DNA of 60,788 nt, from the NCBI GenBank assembly GCA_043747765.1, contig JAYTOM010000112.1:1-60788 (forward strand), in the 5' to 3' direction. Position numbers and translations under genes: made by a program. The stretch is from Actinomycetota bacterium (lineage in GTDB: Bacteria; Actinomycetota; Acidimicrobiia; Acidimicrobiales; Ilumatobacteraceae). The notes beneath the pieces are model-generated. The model did no database searches, was not told the origin of the DNA, and saw only the letters and a program-made list of their open reading frames with translations. This document shows positions 36,361 to 45,445 of the stretch, piece after piece. Within the stretch, counting starts at the first letter, position 1. Each line of letters opens with the position of its first letter.

Positions 36361-37763
36361 CGTGACTGAAATGCGTCCCATGCATCGGTGAACACCCGAA
36401 TCAGTGTGTCGCCGATGAACCGCAACTCGTCCGGACCGCAGGTCAGCGTCGGGGCCAGGACAACCACTGGATCGGCTCGGTCGTCCGCCCTGCAGAACAG
36501 CCCGGCTTTGTACAATGCCGGGGACAACACGTCGCGCAACAGCCAATCGCATTCGTCGTCGGTGAAGGTGGTTCGTCGTTCCTTCTCCTTGATCAATTCG
36601 GCAACGCGGAAATACCCACAGCCGCGTACCTGGCCGACAATCGGCAGTTCCGCGATTCGGGCCATCACCTCGTCGAACAGGGGCTCGTTGGCGAGCACGT
36701 TGGCGTTGATGCCCTCCCGCTCCATCAGGTCGATGTTGGCGAGGGCAACCGCGCAGCTGACCGGATGCCCGCCGAATGTGAGTCCGTGGAGGAACACCCG
36801 TCCCCCCTCGAGGAACGGCGCGGCGAGACGATCGCTGGCGATGACGCCGCCGAGGGGTGCGTAGCCACTGGTCACACCCTTGGCGAACACGATCATGTCC
36901 GGCTGGTACCCGAAGCGATCGCACCCGAACCAGTGGCCCAGCCTCCCGAAGGCGCAGATCACTTCGTCGCTGACGAGCAACACACCGTGCCGGTCACAGA
37001 TCTCGCGGACGCGTCGCCAATAGCCGGGTGGGGGGACAAGCGCCCCGCCGGTGTTCTGGACGGGTTCGAGAATGACGCAGGCAACCGTGTCCGGACCCTC
37101 CATCACGATTCTCGCTTCTATGTCGTCTGCGCATGCCAAGGTGCAGGCGCCGGCCGACGCGCACATACTGCAGCGGTACTGATTGGTGTTGGCGACCTTC
37201 ACCGCGCCGGGAAGGAGCGGCTCCCACGGGTTCTTGATCGCCGGGATACCGGTGATCGACAGCGCTCCCAGCGTCGTGCCGTGGTACGCGTAGTGGCGAC
37301 TGATCACCTTGCGGCGACCGGGTTGTCCGATCGCGGCGAAGTACTGGACGGCCAACTTCCATGCGCTCTCCACCGCTTCGCCGCCACCGGTTGTGAAGAA
37401 CACCCGGTTCAGATCGCCCGGAGCAAGTGCGGCGAGCCGCTCCGCCAATCGGATCGCCGGTTCGTGACCGAAACTCCACAGGGGAAAGAAGCCCAGGGTG
37501 GCCGCTTGGCGGGTCGCGGCTTCAGCCAATTCGTGGCGACCGTGACCGACCTGCACGGTGAACAGACCGGAGAGCCCGTCGAGCAGCCGATGGCCGTTCT
37601 GGTCGAAGATGAAGTTGCCCTCGCCACGCACGATGATGGGCAAGGGCTCCCGCTGGAAAGCGTCCATTTTCGTGAAATGGCCCCACAGATGTCGACGCGC
37701 TGCGGTCTGAAGGTCGGTGGTTACGGTTCCGTCGGTGGCGTCCATCGACTCGGATACTGCCAC
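36357..37763 (-). CDS. class-III (omega) aminotransferase, putrescine/GABA:pyruvate type
   Basis: ..FFTTGGGEAVESAWKLA.. and ..LLVSDEVICAFGRLGHWFG.. are present. GTG start. Confidence 0.9.
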   Translation of the reverse strand: MAVSESMDATDGTVTTDLQTAARRHLWGHFTKMDAFQREPLPIIVRGEGNFIFDQNGHRLLDGLSGLFTVQVGHGRHELAEAATRQAATLGFFPLWSFGHEPAIRLAERLAALAPGDLNRVFFTTGGGEAVESAWKLAVQYFAAIGQPGRRKVISRHYAYHGTTLGALSITGIPAIKNPWEPLLPGAVKVANTNQYRCSMCASAGACTLACADDIEARIVMEGPDTVACVILEPVQNTGGALVPPPGYWRRVREICDRHGVLLVSDEVICAFGRLGHWFGCDRFGYQPDMIVFAKGVTSGYAPLGGVIASDRLAAPFLEGGRVFLHGLTFGGHPVSCAVALANIDLMEREGINANVLANEPLFDEVMARIAELPIVGQVRGCGYFRVAELIKEKERRTTFTDDECDWLLRDVLSPALYKAGLFCRADDRADPVVVLAPTLTCGPDELRFIGDTLIRVFTDAWDAFQSR

Positions 37764-37912
37764 TGATCGTGTTGTTTCTGTGTGAACAACCCTTCTGACA
37801 CTTGCCGCGAGGTGCGGCCTATGACACGCTCACAGCCGTACTGATCGATGGAATTGTCGGCAGGGACGGGGGCGGTCCACTAGAACAGAGCTGTGAGAAA
37901 GAGGCGCCAGGA

Positions 37913-39034
37913 ATGAGCGATGAACGGGGCAGCGTCGAACTCGTCGACGTCACCAAACGGTTCGGCTCGATGCTCGCCGTCGACAAACTGACTCTGGAGG
38001 TCCACGCCGGTGAATTTCTGTCGCTGCTCGGTCCCAGCGGATGTGGCAAGACCACGACCCTGCGGATGCTGGCCGGATTCGATCAGCCGGACGAGGGATT
38101 CATTCGGATCAGTGGTTCCTACGTGCAAGGGATTCCGCCGTACAAGCGTGATGTGAACACCGTGTTCCAGCAGTATGCGTTGTTCCCGCACATGACTGTC
38201 TCGGAGAATGTCGCCTACGGACTCCGCCAGAAGAAAGTACCGAGGGGTGAGATCTCCGGTCGTGTGGCCGAAGCTCTCGACATGGTCAAGATGACCAAGC
38301 TCGCCGACCGCAAACCGCGTCAGATGTCGGGTGGGCAGCAGCAGCGAGTTGCCGTCGCTCGGGCGCTGGTCAATCGGCCGAGCGTACTTCTGCTCGATGA
38401 ACCGCTCGGCGCGTTGGATCGCAAGCTCCGTGAGGAGATGCAGATCGAGCTGAAACTGTTGCAGAGTCAACTCGGGATCACGTTCGTCTTCGTCACCCAC
38501 GATCAGGAAGAAGCGATGGGCATGAGCGACCGGATCGCAATCATGCTCGACGGACACATCGAGCAACTCGCCGATCCGGAGAGCGTCTACGAGCGGCCGG
38601 ATTCCGCCTTCGTCGCCGGCTTCATCGGTCGGAACAACTTCTGGCAGGGCATCTCGACCGGGAACGGCGTGCAGGCCATTGACGGCACGATCTTCGCGTC
38701 ATCGACTCCCGAGGAGCGGGTTGCCAAGGGCGACCAGGCGCTGGCTGCGGTTCGACCGGAGTCGATTCAACTCAGCGCCCAAGACCCGGGGCTGACTGCC
38801 AACGTCATCCACGGTAGCGTCGCGGGGGTCTCGCACTACGGCGACGTGCTGCAGTACGTGATCCGCACGGCGACCCGCGATGTCATTTCGCTTCTGCCGC
38901 GCCAAGGTGCGCTCCGTTTGGCCCCGGGAGACCCTGTGTGGTGCCATTGGCCGGCCGCCGATGTGTATCAGTTCTCGGCTGACCAAGCCGATCTCGTGAT
39001 CCGCGATCCCGCCGAGGATGACATCGCCTCATGA
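37913..39034 (+). CDS. potA: spermidine/putrescine ABC transporter ATP-binding protein
   Basis: The ORF was trimmed to ATG 37913. It has Walker A GPSGCGKTT, the signature MSGGQQQRVAVARAL, Walker B LLLDEP and a TOBE-like C-terminus. Confidence 0.9.
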   Translation: MSDERGSVELVDVTKRFGSMLAVDKLTLEVHAGEFLSLLGPSGCGKTTTLRMLAGFDQPDEGFIRISGSYVQGIPPYKRDVNTVFQQYALFPHMTVSENVAYGLRQKKVPRGEISGRVAEALDMVKMTKLADRKPRQMSGGQQQRVAVARALVNRPSVLLLDEPLGALDRKLREEMQIELKLLQSQLGITFVFVTHDQEEAMGMSDRIAIMLDGHIEQLADPESVYERPDSAFVAGFIGRNNFWQGISTGNGVQAIDGTIFASSTPEERVAKGDQALAAVRPESIQLSAQDPGLTANVIHGSVAGVSHYGDVLQYVIRTATRDVISLLPRQGALRLAPGDPVWCHWPAADVYQFSADQADLVIRDPAEDDIAS

Positions 39035-39086
39035 CGCGAACACGCCAACATCTCATCATCTCCAGGCGTTCAGAAAGGAACCAACC

Positions 39087-40403
39087 ATGAGTCGTCGTAC
39101 GTTTCGTCAGAGCGATACACCACGGATCCTGATGTCACAAGAGGCTGCCCAGCGTTTAGCCCATTCGATCAGTCGACGGCGATTTCTGGCCATGTCGGGA
39201 GGAGCGGCTGCAGCAGCGGCCCTCGCGGCTTGCGGTAGCGATTCCAAGTCCTCGTCGGCGCCAACGACGGGCGGCGGCACTGCGACGACAGGCAGCAGCG
39301 CGACGACGTCGGCAGGGAGCACCGCGACGACGTCGGCAGGGAGCACCGCGACGACGGGCGGCAGTGCGACGTCATCGGCAGGCAGCACAGCGACGACTGC
39401 AGCCGCTGGCAACTTCTCCAAGAACATCAACATGTTCACATGGGCCGAGTACGACGACCCCGACCTGCTCAAGAAGTGGGGCGACATCAACCTGACGATC
39501 TTCAACTCGAACGAGGAGGCGATCCAGAAGTTGGTCCAAGGTGGTGGGTCGTCCGGTTTCGACATGGTGGTGCCGACGGGCGCGTACATCCCGCAATTGG
39601 CCAAGGCGGGTCTCCTGCTGCCCCTCGACAAGACCAAGATCCCCAACTTCTCCAACCTGGATGCGGCGTACGCCAATCAGAGTTGGGATCCCAACAACAA
39701 ATACAGCGTGTGCAAGAACTGGGGCACGACCGGCTGGGTCTACGACACCAAGGTGGTCAAGACCGAGATCAAGACGTGGAGCGATTTCATCAAGGCTGCC
39801 CAAACGGATGCGAGCGGCCAGACCAGCGTGCTGGACACTGCGCCGAACCTGTGCGGCATGTATTTCTGGGCAAATGGGATCGACTGGACAACCGAAAAGG
39901 CGGCCGACCTCGATGCTTGCGAGAAATTTCTGGTCGATGACTTCGCCAGTCATTTGAAGGCGTTCGACTCGTACCCCGGCATCAACTTGACGCAGGGCAA
40001 TTATGCGCTGTCGATGGTATGGAACGGTGACGCCCGTCAGGGGCTGATTGCTGTTCAGGCAGCTGGTGACAAGGTTTCGGAATACAAATGGGGGCTCGGT
40101 GCGCCACAGACGGAATTGTGGATGGACAACTGGTGCATCCTCAAGGAGGCAAAGAACGTCGACGCCTCCTACGATTTCATCAACTTCATCCTCGACCCGA
40201 AGAACAGCATCACCGACCTGAAGTTCCACGGCTACAACACGGGCATCAAAGGTGTCGAGCCGCTCGCCGGGGACATTCCGTTCAAGGACATGGTTTTCTT
40301 CACCGATGAGCAGGTCAAGACGTTCCGGTCCGGTACCGTCAACAACGCTCAGGACCGATTGGTCTCGATCTACAGCAAGGTCAAGGCCAAGGCCGGCGGC
40401 TGA
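39087..40403 (+). CDS. potD: polyamine-type ABC substrate-binding lipoprotein (PotD/PotF family)
   Basis: ATG 39087 follows a GAAAGGAA RBS. There is a twin-arginine-like SRRRFLAMSGG..LAACG lipobox, then a Thr/Ser/Ala/Gly linker, then a PBP2 fold. Confidence 0.8.
   Translation: MSRRTFRQSDTPRILMSQEAAQRLAHSISRRRFLAMSGGAAAAAALAACGSDSKSSSAPTTGGGTATTGSSATTSAGSTATTSAGSTATTGGSATSSAGSTATTAAAGNFSKNINMFTWAEYDDPDLLKKWGDINLTIFNSNEEAIQKLVQGGGSSGFDMVVPTGAYIPQLAKAGLLLPLDKTKIPNFSNLDAAYANQSWDPNNKYSVCKNWGTTGWVYDTKVVKTEIKTWSDFIKAAQTDASGQTSVLDTAPNLCGMYFWANGIDWTTEKAADLDACEKFLVDDFASHLKAFDSYPGINLTQGNYALSMVWNGDARQGLIAVQAAGDKVSEYKWGLGAPQTELWMDNWCILKEAKNVDASYDFINFILDPKNSITDLKFHGYNTGIKGVEPLAGDIPFKDMVFFTDEQVKTFRSGTVNNAQDRLVSIYSKVKAKAGG
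39301..39348 (+). repeat. perfect 2 x 24-bp tandem repeat inside the SBP linker (TTSAGSTA x2), with degenerate copies on both sides
   Basis: CGACGACGTCGGCAGGGAGCACCG occurs twice in tandem. Confidence 0.85.
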
Positions 40404-40405
40404 AG

Positions 40406-41362
40406 GTGACGGTGGCGATCGGCTCGCAGGCGGGGCCACCGCCGAGGAAGTTCCGCTTTCGCGCGCCGAAGTTCGCCCTCGCCATTCCGGCGGTGGTCTG
40501 GTACATCTTCCTGTTCGTCATCCCGGTGGCGTTGGTCATCGTCAACAGCTTCGGCAAGAAGGTGCAGGGAACGCCGGGCAAGGTCGATCTCAGCGCTCCC
40601 GGGCTCGACCGCTACCGCGAGGTCATCCACGGATCGTTCCGGGACCTGCTGGTGCAGACGATGCGGACTTCGTTGCTCGGCACCGTGCTGTGCCTGCTGA
40701 TCAGTCTGCCGGTCGCGTACTTTCTGGCGTTCAAGGTCGGCCAGCGAGCCAAGGTCGTGGTCCTCGCGCTGCTGATGGTCCCGTTCTTCACGAACTATCT
40801 GCTGCGGACGCTGGCGTGGAAGATCGTCCTGCAGCCGAAGGGGTTCGTCTCCAATCTGCTCCAGGACACGCACTGGTGGACGTTCGGGCAGGCCCTCCGT
40901 GACGGTTCGATCCAGATCCTCGACACTCGCAGCGCCGTCCAGTTGGCGATTGTGTACAACTATCTGCCGCTGATGATCTTCCCGCTCTGGGTCGCGCTGG
41001 ATCGAGTCGAGTTGCATCTGCGTGAGGCCTCGAAGGATCTCGGGGCGAACAGGGTCCGCACGTTCTTGCGAGTGACGCTGCCGCTCGCTTCACCGGGCAT
41101 CATGGCGGGTCTGATCCTCGTCTTCGTTCCGCTCTCGGGGGACTATGTCACCGCTGAACTGCTCGGCGGAGTGAAGGGCAACATGGTCGGCCGAGCCGTT
41201 GCCGACCAGTATTTCCGGGCCCAGGACGCGGCCTCAGGATCGGCGATCGCTGTGTCGTTGATCATCTCGATCCTCGTCGTGCTCGGCGTGTTCGCGGCGT
41301 TTTTCTGGTTCATGCGAAAGCTGCTTGCTGCGAATCGCGCGGTCCGGGTTCTGGCCCGATGA
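40406..41362 (+). CDS. potB: ABC transporter permease (PotB-like)
   Basis: About 6 TM helices and an EAA-like loop ..LREASKDLGANRVRTFLRVTLP.. Confidence 0.85.
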   Translation: MTVAIGSQAGPPPRKFRFRAPKFALAIPAVVWYIFLFVIPVALVIVNSFGKKVQGTPGKVDLSAPGLDRYREVIHGSFRDLLVQTMRTSLLGTVLCLLISLPVAYFLAFKVGQRAKVVVLALLMVPFFTNYLLRTLAWKIVLQPKGFVSNLLQDTHWWTFGQALRDGSIQILDTRSAVQLAIVYNYLPLMIFPLWVALDRVELHLREASKDLGANRVRTFLRVTLPLASPGIMAGLILVFVPLSGDYVTAELLGGVKGNMVGRAVADQYFRAQDAASGSAIAVSLIISILVVLGVFAAFFWFMRKLLAANRAVRVLAR

Positions 41363-42225
41363 CAAGCGTTGCCCCTCTCCCACAATCGACGACGGCCCGA
41401 ATGCGAGTTCGGCTCGCCAAGGCACTGCTGCCCGGCTGGAGTGCCATCGTCATCCTGTTCCTGTTCACCCCGATCTTCTTTCTGATCGCGATGTCGTTCA
41501 ACGATTTCAAGACGATTTTCAAGTGGACAAAGTTCTCCACCCACTGGTGGGGCCAGATGTTCAGCAACACCACCATGGTCGACGCTGTCGTGACGTCGCT
41601 CAAGGTCGCAGTGATCAGCACGATCCTCGCTGTGGTGCTCGGCACCTTGTCCGGCATCGCTCTCGCCAGAAAGCCCGGTCGGTGGACCGTTGGCTTCGTT
41701 GCCATCGTGCTGCTGATCCTCGTCACTCCCGAGATCGTCGACGGTGCCGGTCAACTCAGCTGGTTCGTCAAGCTGGGTGGGGTGTTCCGAGAAGGGATCA
41801 CGCCGATCGTGCTGGTCCACACCGTGTTCAGTTCGGCGGTCGTCACGCTCATCGTGCGGGCCCGAGTCTCCGGCATCGATGCGCGGCTGGAGGAAGCAGC
41901 GGCCGACCTGTTCGCGACACCGACCCGGGCGTTCATCCAGATCACTCTGCCGCTCGTGATGCCGGCGGTGCTGTCAGGAGCAATGCTGTCGTTCACGCTC
42001 AGTCTCGACAACGTCGTGGCCACCAGCTTCGTCAGTCCTGCTGGCAGCACGACATTCCCGAACTACGTGTTCGGCCTGTCCGGCGGAATCATCCGGCCGG
42101 AGGTGGCTTCGATGTCGACCGTGTTCATCGGCATCACTCTCGTTTCCATCGTGCTCGTCGCGCTCCTCCTTCGCAAACAAGGTGAGTCCGGTGCCGAGAT
42201 CGCGACGACGTTCACCGGTAACTGA
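41359..42225 (+). CDS. potC: ABC transporter permease (PotC-like)
   Basis: ATGA overlap with the upstream gene. EAA-like loop ..LEEAAADLFATPTRAFIQITLP.. Confidence 0.85.
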   Translation: MTSVAPLPQSTTARMRVRLAKALLPGWSAIVILFLFTPIFFLIAMSFNDFKTIFKWTKFSTHWWGQMFSNTTMVDAVVTSLKVAVISTILAVVLGTLSGIALARKPGRWTVGFVAIVLLILVTPEIVDGAGQLSWFVKLGGVFREGITPIVLVHTVFSSAVVTLIVRARVSGIDARLEEAAADLFATPTRAFIQITLPLVMPAVLSGAMLSFTLSLDNVVATSFVSPAGSTTFPNYVFGLSGGIIRPEVASMSTVFIGITLVSIVLVALLLRKQGESGAEIATTFTGN

Positions 42226-42227
42226 GG

Positions 42228-43562
42228 GTGCACAAGCGGGTCATCGTTGTCGGTGCGGGCCTGTCCGGATTGACCGCCGCCGACATCGTGTCGTCAGCCG
42301 GCTGCGACGTCGTCGTTCTCGAAGCGTCCGCGCGTCTTGGCGGACGGGCATATACGCGCACCGCTGACTTCGTCGACGGCCAATATGCAGAAGCTGGCGC
42401 CGAGTGGATCGATTCGGTCCACCAGCGTGTCCACGCCCTGATCGAGCGATTCGGACTGCAGGTCGACCCTCGTTCGACGACGTGGACAGCGGTACGGCGA
42501 TGGCTCTACCGGGCTGGCCGATTGCTCGGCCCTGACGAACTGCTCACCGTGGAACCAACTCTGGCCGCCGATCTCGATCGGCTCGAGGACTTCGTGGCGG
42601 AGGTGGCCGATGGGATCGCTGATCCTGGTCGACCGCAGAACCATCCCCTGGCCGTCAGGTTCGACGCCATGTCTGTCGCCGACCTTGTCGAACAACTCGA
42701 ACTCGGCGACCTCGCCCGGTTCTTCGCGATGCGGAACATGCAGGGCGAGTTCGCAGCTGAGCCGCGCGAGGTATCGGTGCTGTTCATGGCGCAACAGCGG
42801 GCCGTCTACGAACAGAGCGCTGCGCGGCATGGATTCGTCGAAGCGCAGCGCCTGCTCGGTGGGGTCAGCGGGCTCACAGACGGGCTTGCCCGGCAGCTGC
42901 CGAGCGGTACTGTTCGCCTCGAACAGCTAGTGGTCTCGGTCGACGTGTCGGGCGAGGGCGGTGTGGTCGTGAGAACCATGACCGAGTCGTTCGACGCTGA
43001 CCACGTGATCCTGGCCTGTTCGTTGGTCGCACTCCGTTCCGTGAGATTCCGCCCGTCACTGCCCGATGACCTCGCAGCCGCGATTGCAGGTCTCGGCTAC
43101 GGAACCGTGACCAAGACGGCACTGCAATTCCCGTCCCGGGTGTGGCCACACGGGTACGCCACGACGGAGGGGGCGGCCCAGCGTGTCTACGAGCCGACCG
43201 CCGACGTGCCCGGCTCCGCTGGGATCCTGATGGCGTACACAGGGGGCGATGGTGGCCGCAGGCTGGCGGCAATCGAGGAGACCGCGCGGCTCGACGCGAT
43301 GGAACGCAGCGAGCGCGAGATGTACGCGAATCTGCCGAAACGGATCGCCGGCTTCTCACGTGCCTGGTCGGCGGAGCCCCTGTTCGGCGGGAGCTATGCC
43401 GTTTACCGACCAGGCGAAATCGGTCGGTTCTGGGAGGTCCTCCGCCGGGCTCACGGTCCGTTGCACCTCGCCGGCGAGCATGCCGCGACGTGGACGGGTT
43501 ACCTCGAGGGAGCGATCGAGAGCGGTCAGACGGTTGCGGCTCGCATTCTCTCGACCGACTAG
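42228..43562 (+). CDS. flavin-containing amine oxidase (putrescine/monoamine oxidase-like)
   Basis: VIVVGAGLSGLTAA..VVVLEASARLGGR is an FAD fold, and ..LHLAGEHAA.. is near the C-terminus. Confidence 0.85.
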   Translation: MHKRVIVVGAGLSGLTAADIVSSAGCDVVVLEASARLGGRAYTRTADFVDGQYAEAGAEWIDSVHQRVHALIERFGLQVDPRSTTWTAVRRWLYRAGRLLGPDELLTVEPTLAADLDRLEDFVAEVADGIADPGRPQNHPLAVRFDAMSVADLVEQLELGDLARFFAMRNMQGEFAAEPREVSVLFMAQQRAVYEQSAARHGFVEAQRLLGGVSGLTDGLARQLPSGTVRLEQLVVSVDVSGEGGVVVRTMTESFDADHVILACSLVALRSVRFRPSLPDDLAAAIAGLGYGTVTKTALQFPSRVWPHGYATTEGAAQRVYEPTADVPGSAGILMAYTGGDGGRRLAAIEETARLDAMERSEREMYANLPKRIAGFSRAWSAEPLFGGSYAVYRPGEIGRFWEVLRRAHGPLHLAGEHAATWTGYLEGAIESGQTVAARILSTD

Positions 43563-43574
43563 CGTTTGCCGATC

Positions 43575-44498
43575 ATGCCCAACACCAATGCGCCCCGTGT
43601 CGCGCTCGGCCCATCGACTGCGCCGTCATGGATGGCCGAAGCGATCCGGTCCGGCGGTGGTGAATTGGTCGATCTGTCCGAGGCCGAGGCCCTTGTCTGG
43701 AGCGATCCTCGAAATGCTACGGCATTGGCTGAATCGCTCGATGGCGCCGATCACATCCGCTGGGTGCAGTTGCCCTTCGCCGGCGTCGAGGCATATGTGC
43801 ACCTCGTCGGCCACGACAGGGTGTGGACGTGCGGAAAAGGCGTGTACGCCGATCCGTGCGCAGAGATGGCCCTCACTCTTGCCCTCGCCGGCTTGCGCGG
43901 TCTCGGCACGTTCGCTCGTGCTTCGAAATGGAGCACACCGCGGGGTCGCAATCTGCTGGGTGCGCGCGTCACGATTCTCGGCGGAGGAGGCATCACCGAA
44001 TCGCTGCTGACCCTCCTCAGGCCGTTCGACTGTCATGTCACCGTTGTTCGCAACCACGTGCAGAGCATGGACGGTGCTGACGTCGTCGTCGAGGCCGACC
44101 GTTACGCCGACTGCCTGCCGGGCGCCGACCTCATCGTGCTGGCGCTTCCGCTCACGCCGGACACCGAGGGGATGATCTCGCGCGGCGAACTGGAGATGAT
44201 GGAACCCCACGCGTGGCTCGTCAACGTCGCCCGCGGCGGCCACATCGTCACCGACGATCTCGTCTGGGCGCTGCAGAACGACGGTATCGGGGGAGCAGGG
44301 CTCGACGTCACCGACCCTGAGCCCTTGCCGGACGGGCACCCATTGTGGTCACTGGCCAATTGCATCATCACGCCACACACCGCCAACACGCTGGAGATGG
44401 CGGAGCCGTTGCTCGCTGAACGGATCTCCCGCAATGTGCGGCTGTTCGCCACGGGCCAAGACCTGATCGGTCCGGTGGACGCCGAACTCGGATACTGA
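43575..44498 (+). CDS. D-isomer-specific 2-hydroxyacid dehydrogenase family protein
   Basis: ..VTILGGGGITESL.. and ..NVARGGHIVTDDLVWAL...GAGLDVTDPEPLP.. are present. The start is ATG 43575 or TTG 43566. Confidence 0.85.
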   Translation: MPNTNAPRVALGPSTAPSWMAEAIRSGGGELVDLSEAEALVWSDPRNATALAESLDGADHIRWVQLPFAGVEAYVHLVGHDRVWTCGKGVYADPCAEMALTLALAGLRGLGTFARASKWSTPRGRNLLGARVTILGGGGITESLLTLLRPFDCHVTVVRNHVQSMDGADVVVEADRYADCLPGADLIVLALPLTPDTEGMISRGELEMMEPHAWLVNVARGGHIVTDDLVWALQNDGIGGAGLDVTDPEPLPDGHPLWSLANCIITPHTANTLEMAEPLLAERISRNVRLFATGQDLIGPVDAELGY

Positions 44499-44573
44499 TT
44501 GCTCGCCAGATGTCGGTGGACGGCCAGCGCGAGTGGGACGCCGGAGGCTCACGCCGCACCAGGCCTCGGTAAC

Positions 44574-45194
44574 GTGGTGATCATCGTTGATCACTACGAA
44601 CGCCTCGGGGTCGCTCCGTCTGCGACGAGGGACGACATCCGTTCTGCATACCGCAACCTGGCTCGCCTGCATCATCCTGACGCCAAGGGTGACGCGTCGG
44701 CCGTGCGTATGGCACAGATCAACGAAGCGTGGAGAGTGCTGTCGGACCCCGGCCGTCGAGCCGTCTACGACATGCAGCTCGACGGGTCGATGGTCGGATC
44801 GCAGACGAGTTCGGCGAGAGGTCCGGCGTCACGCCCGCCGCCGACCGAGACGGTGGGGCGCCCCGACAGACCGCCGCCACCGGCGACGCCCGCCCGCTTC
44901 CCGTGGCGCTTCATGTTGATCATCGCTTCGCTCGGTATCGCATTCATCCTGGTCAACGCTGCTCTGACCAAACCCGGTCAGCCGCAACGCTCGAACAACC
45001 TGATCGATGCGGGTTCCTGTGTGAACTTCGCCGACAACAATGATGCGGTCGAGGTTGCGTGCGACGGCTCGAATCAGGGCGTGGTCGTCTCGTTCCGAGC
45101 GAGCGATTCGGCTTGTTCGCAAGGCACCGAAGAACATCGCGACCGCCAAGGGATGGGCGAGGTCTGCGTTCGTCTGACGGCCGCAGGTCGCTGA
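44574..45194 (+). CDS. J-domain (DnaJ-like) membrane-anchored protein
   Basis: ..DHYERLGVAPSATRDDIRSAYRNLARLHHPD.. is a J domain. One TM segment (FMLIIASLGIAFILVNAAL) is present. The GTG start (44574 or 44577) is uncertain. Confidence 0.7.
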   Translation: MVIIVDHYERLGVAPSATRDDIRSAYRNLARLHHPDAKGDASAVRMAQINEAWRVLSDPGRRAVYDMQLDGSMVGSQTSSARGPASRPPPTETVGRPDRPPPPATPARFPWRFMLIIASLGIAFILVNAALTKPGQPQRSNNLIDAGSCVNFADNNDAVEVACDGSNQGVVVSFRASDSACSQGTEEHRDRQGMGEVCVRLTAAGR

Positions 45195-45284
45195 CGGGCG
45201 TACTGACTCGCTCTCGTTGCCGCGCTTTTCCCGGCGATGCCATGTTAGATTGCGATGTTCCTGAGTGCCCTTCGAGGGCCCTGA

Positions 45285-45357
45285 GGGCGATTAGCTCAGT
45301 TGGTAGAGCGCTACGTTCACACCGTAGAGGTCATCGGTTCGAGACCGGTATCGCCCA
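45285..45357 (+). tRNA. tRNA-Val: tRNA-Val (anticodon CAC)
   Basis: A cloverleaf was folded by hand. The acceptor stem is GGGCGAT/ATCGCCC. The anticodon arm is CTACG-TTCACAC-CGTAG, and the T-arm is ATCGG-TTCGAGA-CCGGT. The discriminator is A. CCA is not encoded. Confidence 0.9.
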
Positions 45358-45358
45358 C
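45315..45358 (+). repeat. attL core: 44-bp tRNA-Val 3' segment (copy 1 of 3)
   Basis: Identical to 58366..58409, and 43/44 identical to 60109..60152. Confidence 0.9.
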
Positions 45359-45445
45359 TAGATAACCCCAGCTCAGAGGGTATAGACGCTCAGCAACTGA
45401 CGAGGTTGCTTGACTGTCTGTGGGACGCGTGGGACGATGCGTCCC

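Noticed and set aside
45059-45361. ORFs ending in ..RRGHRFETGIAH (45059..45361, 58350..58652 and 60010..60201), which looked like a repeated small protein.
   Set aside because: The shared peptide is just the translation of the 44-bp tRNA-Val 3' segment (the att repeats). These are not genes.
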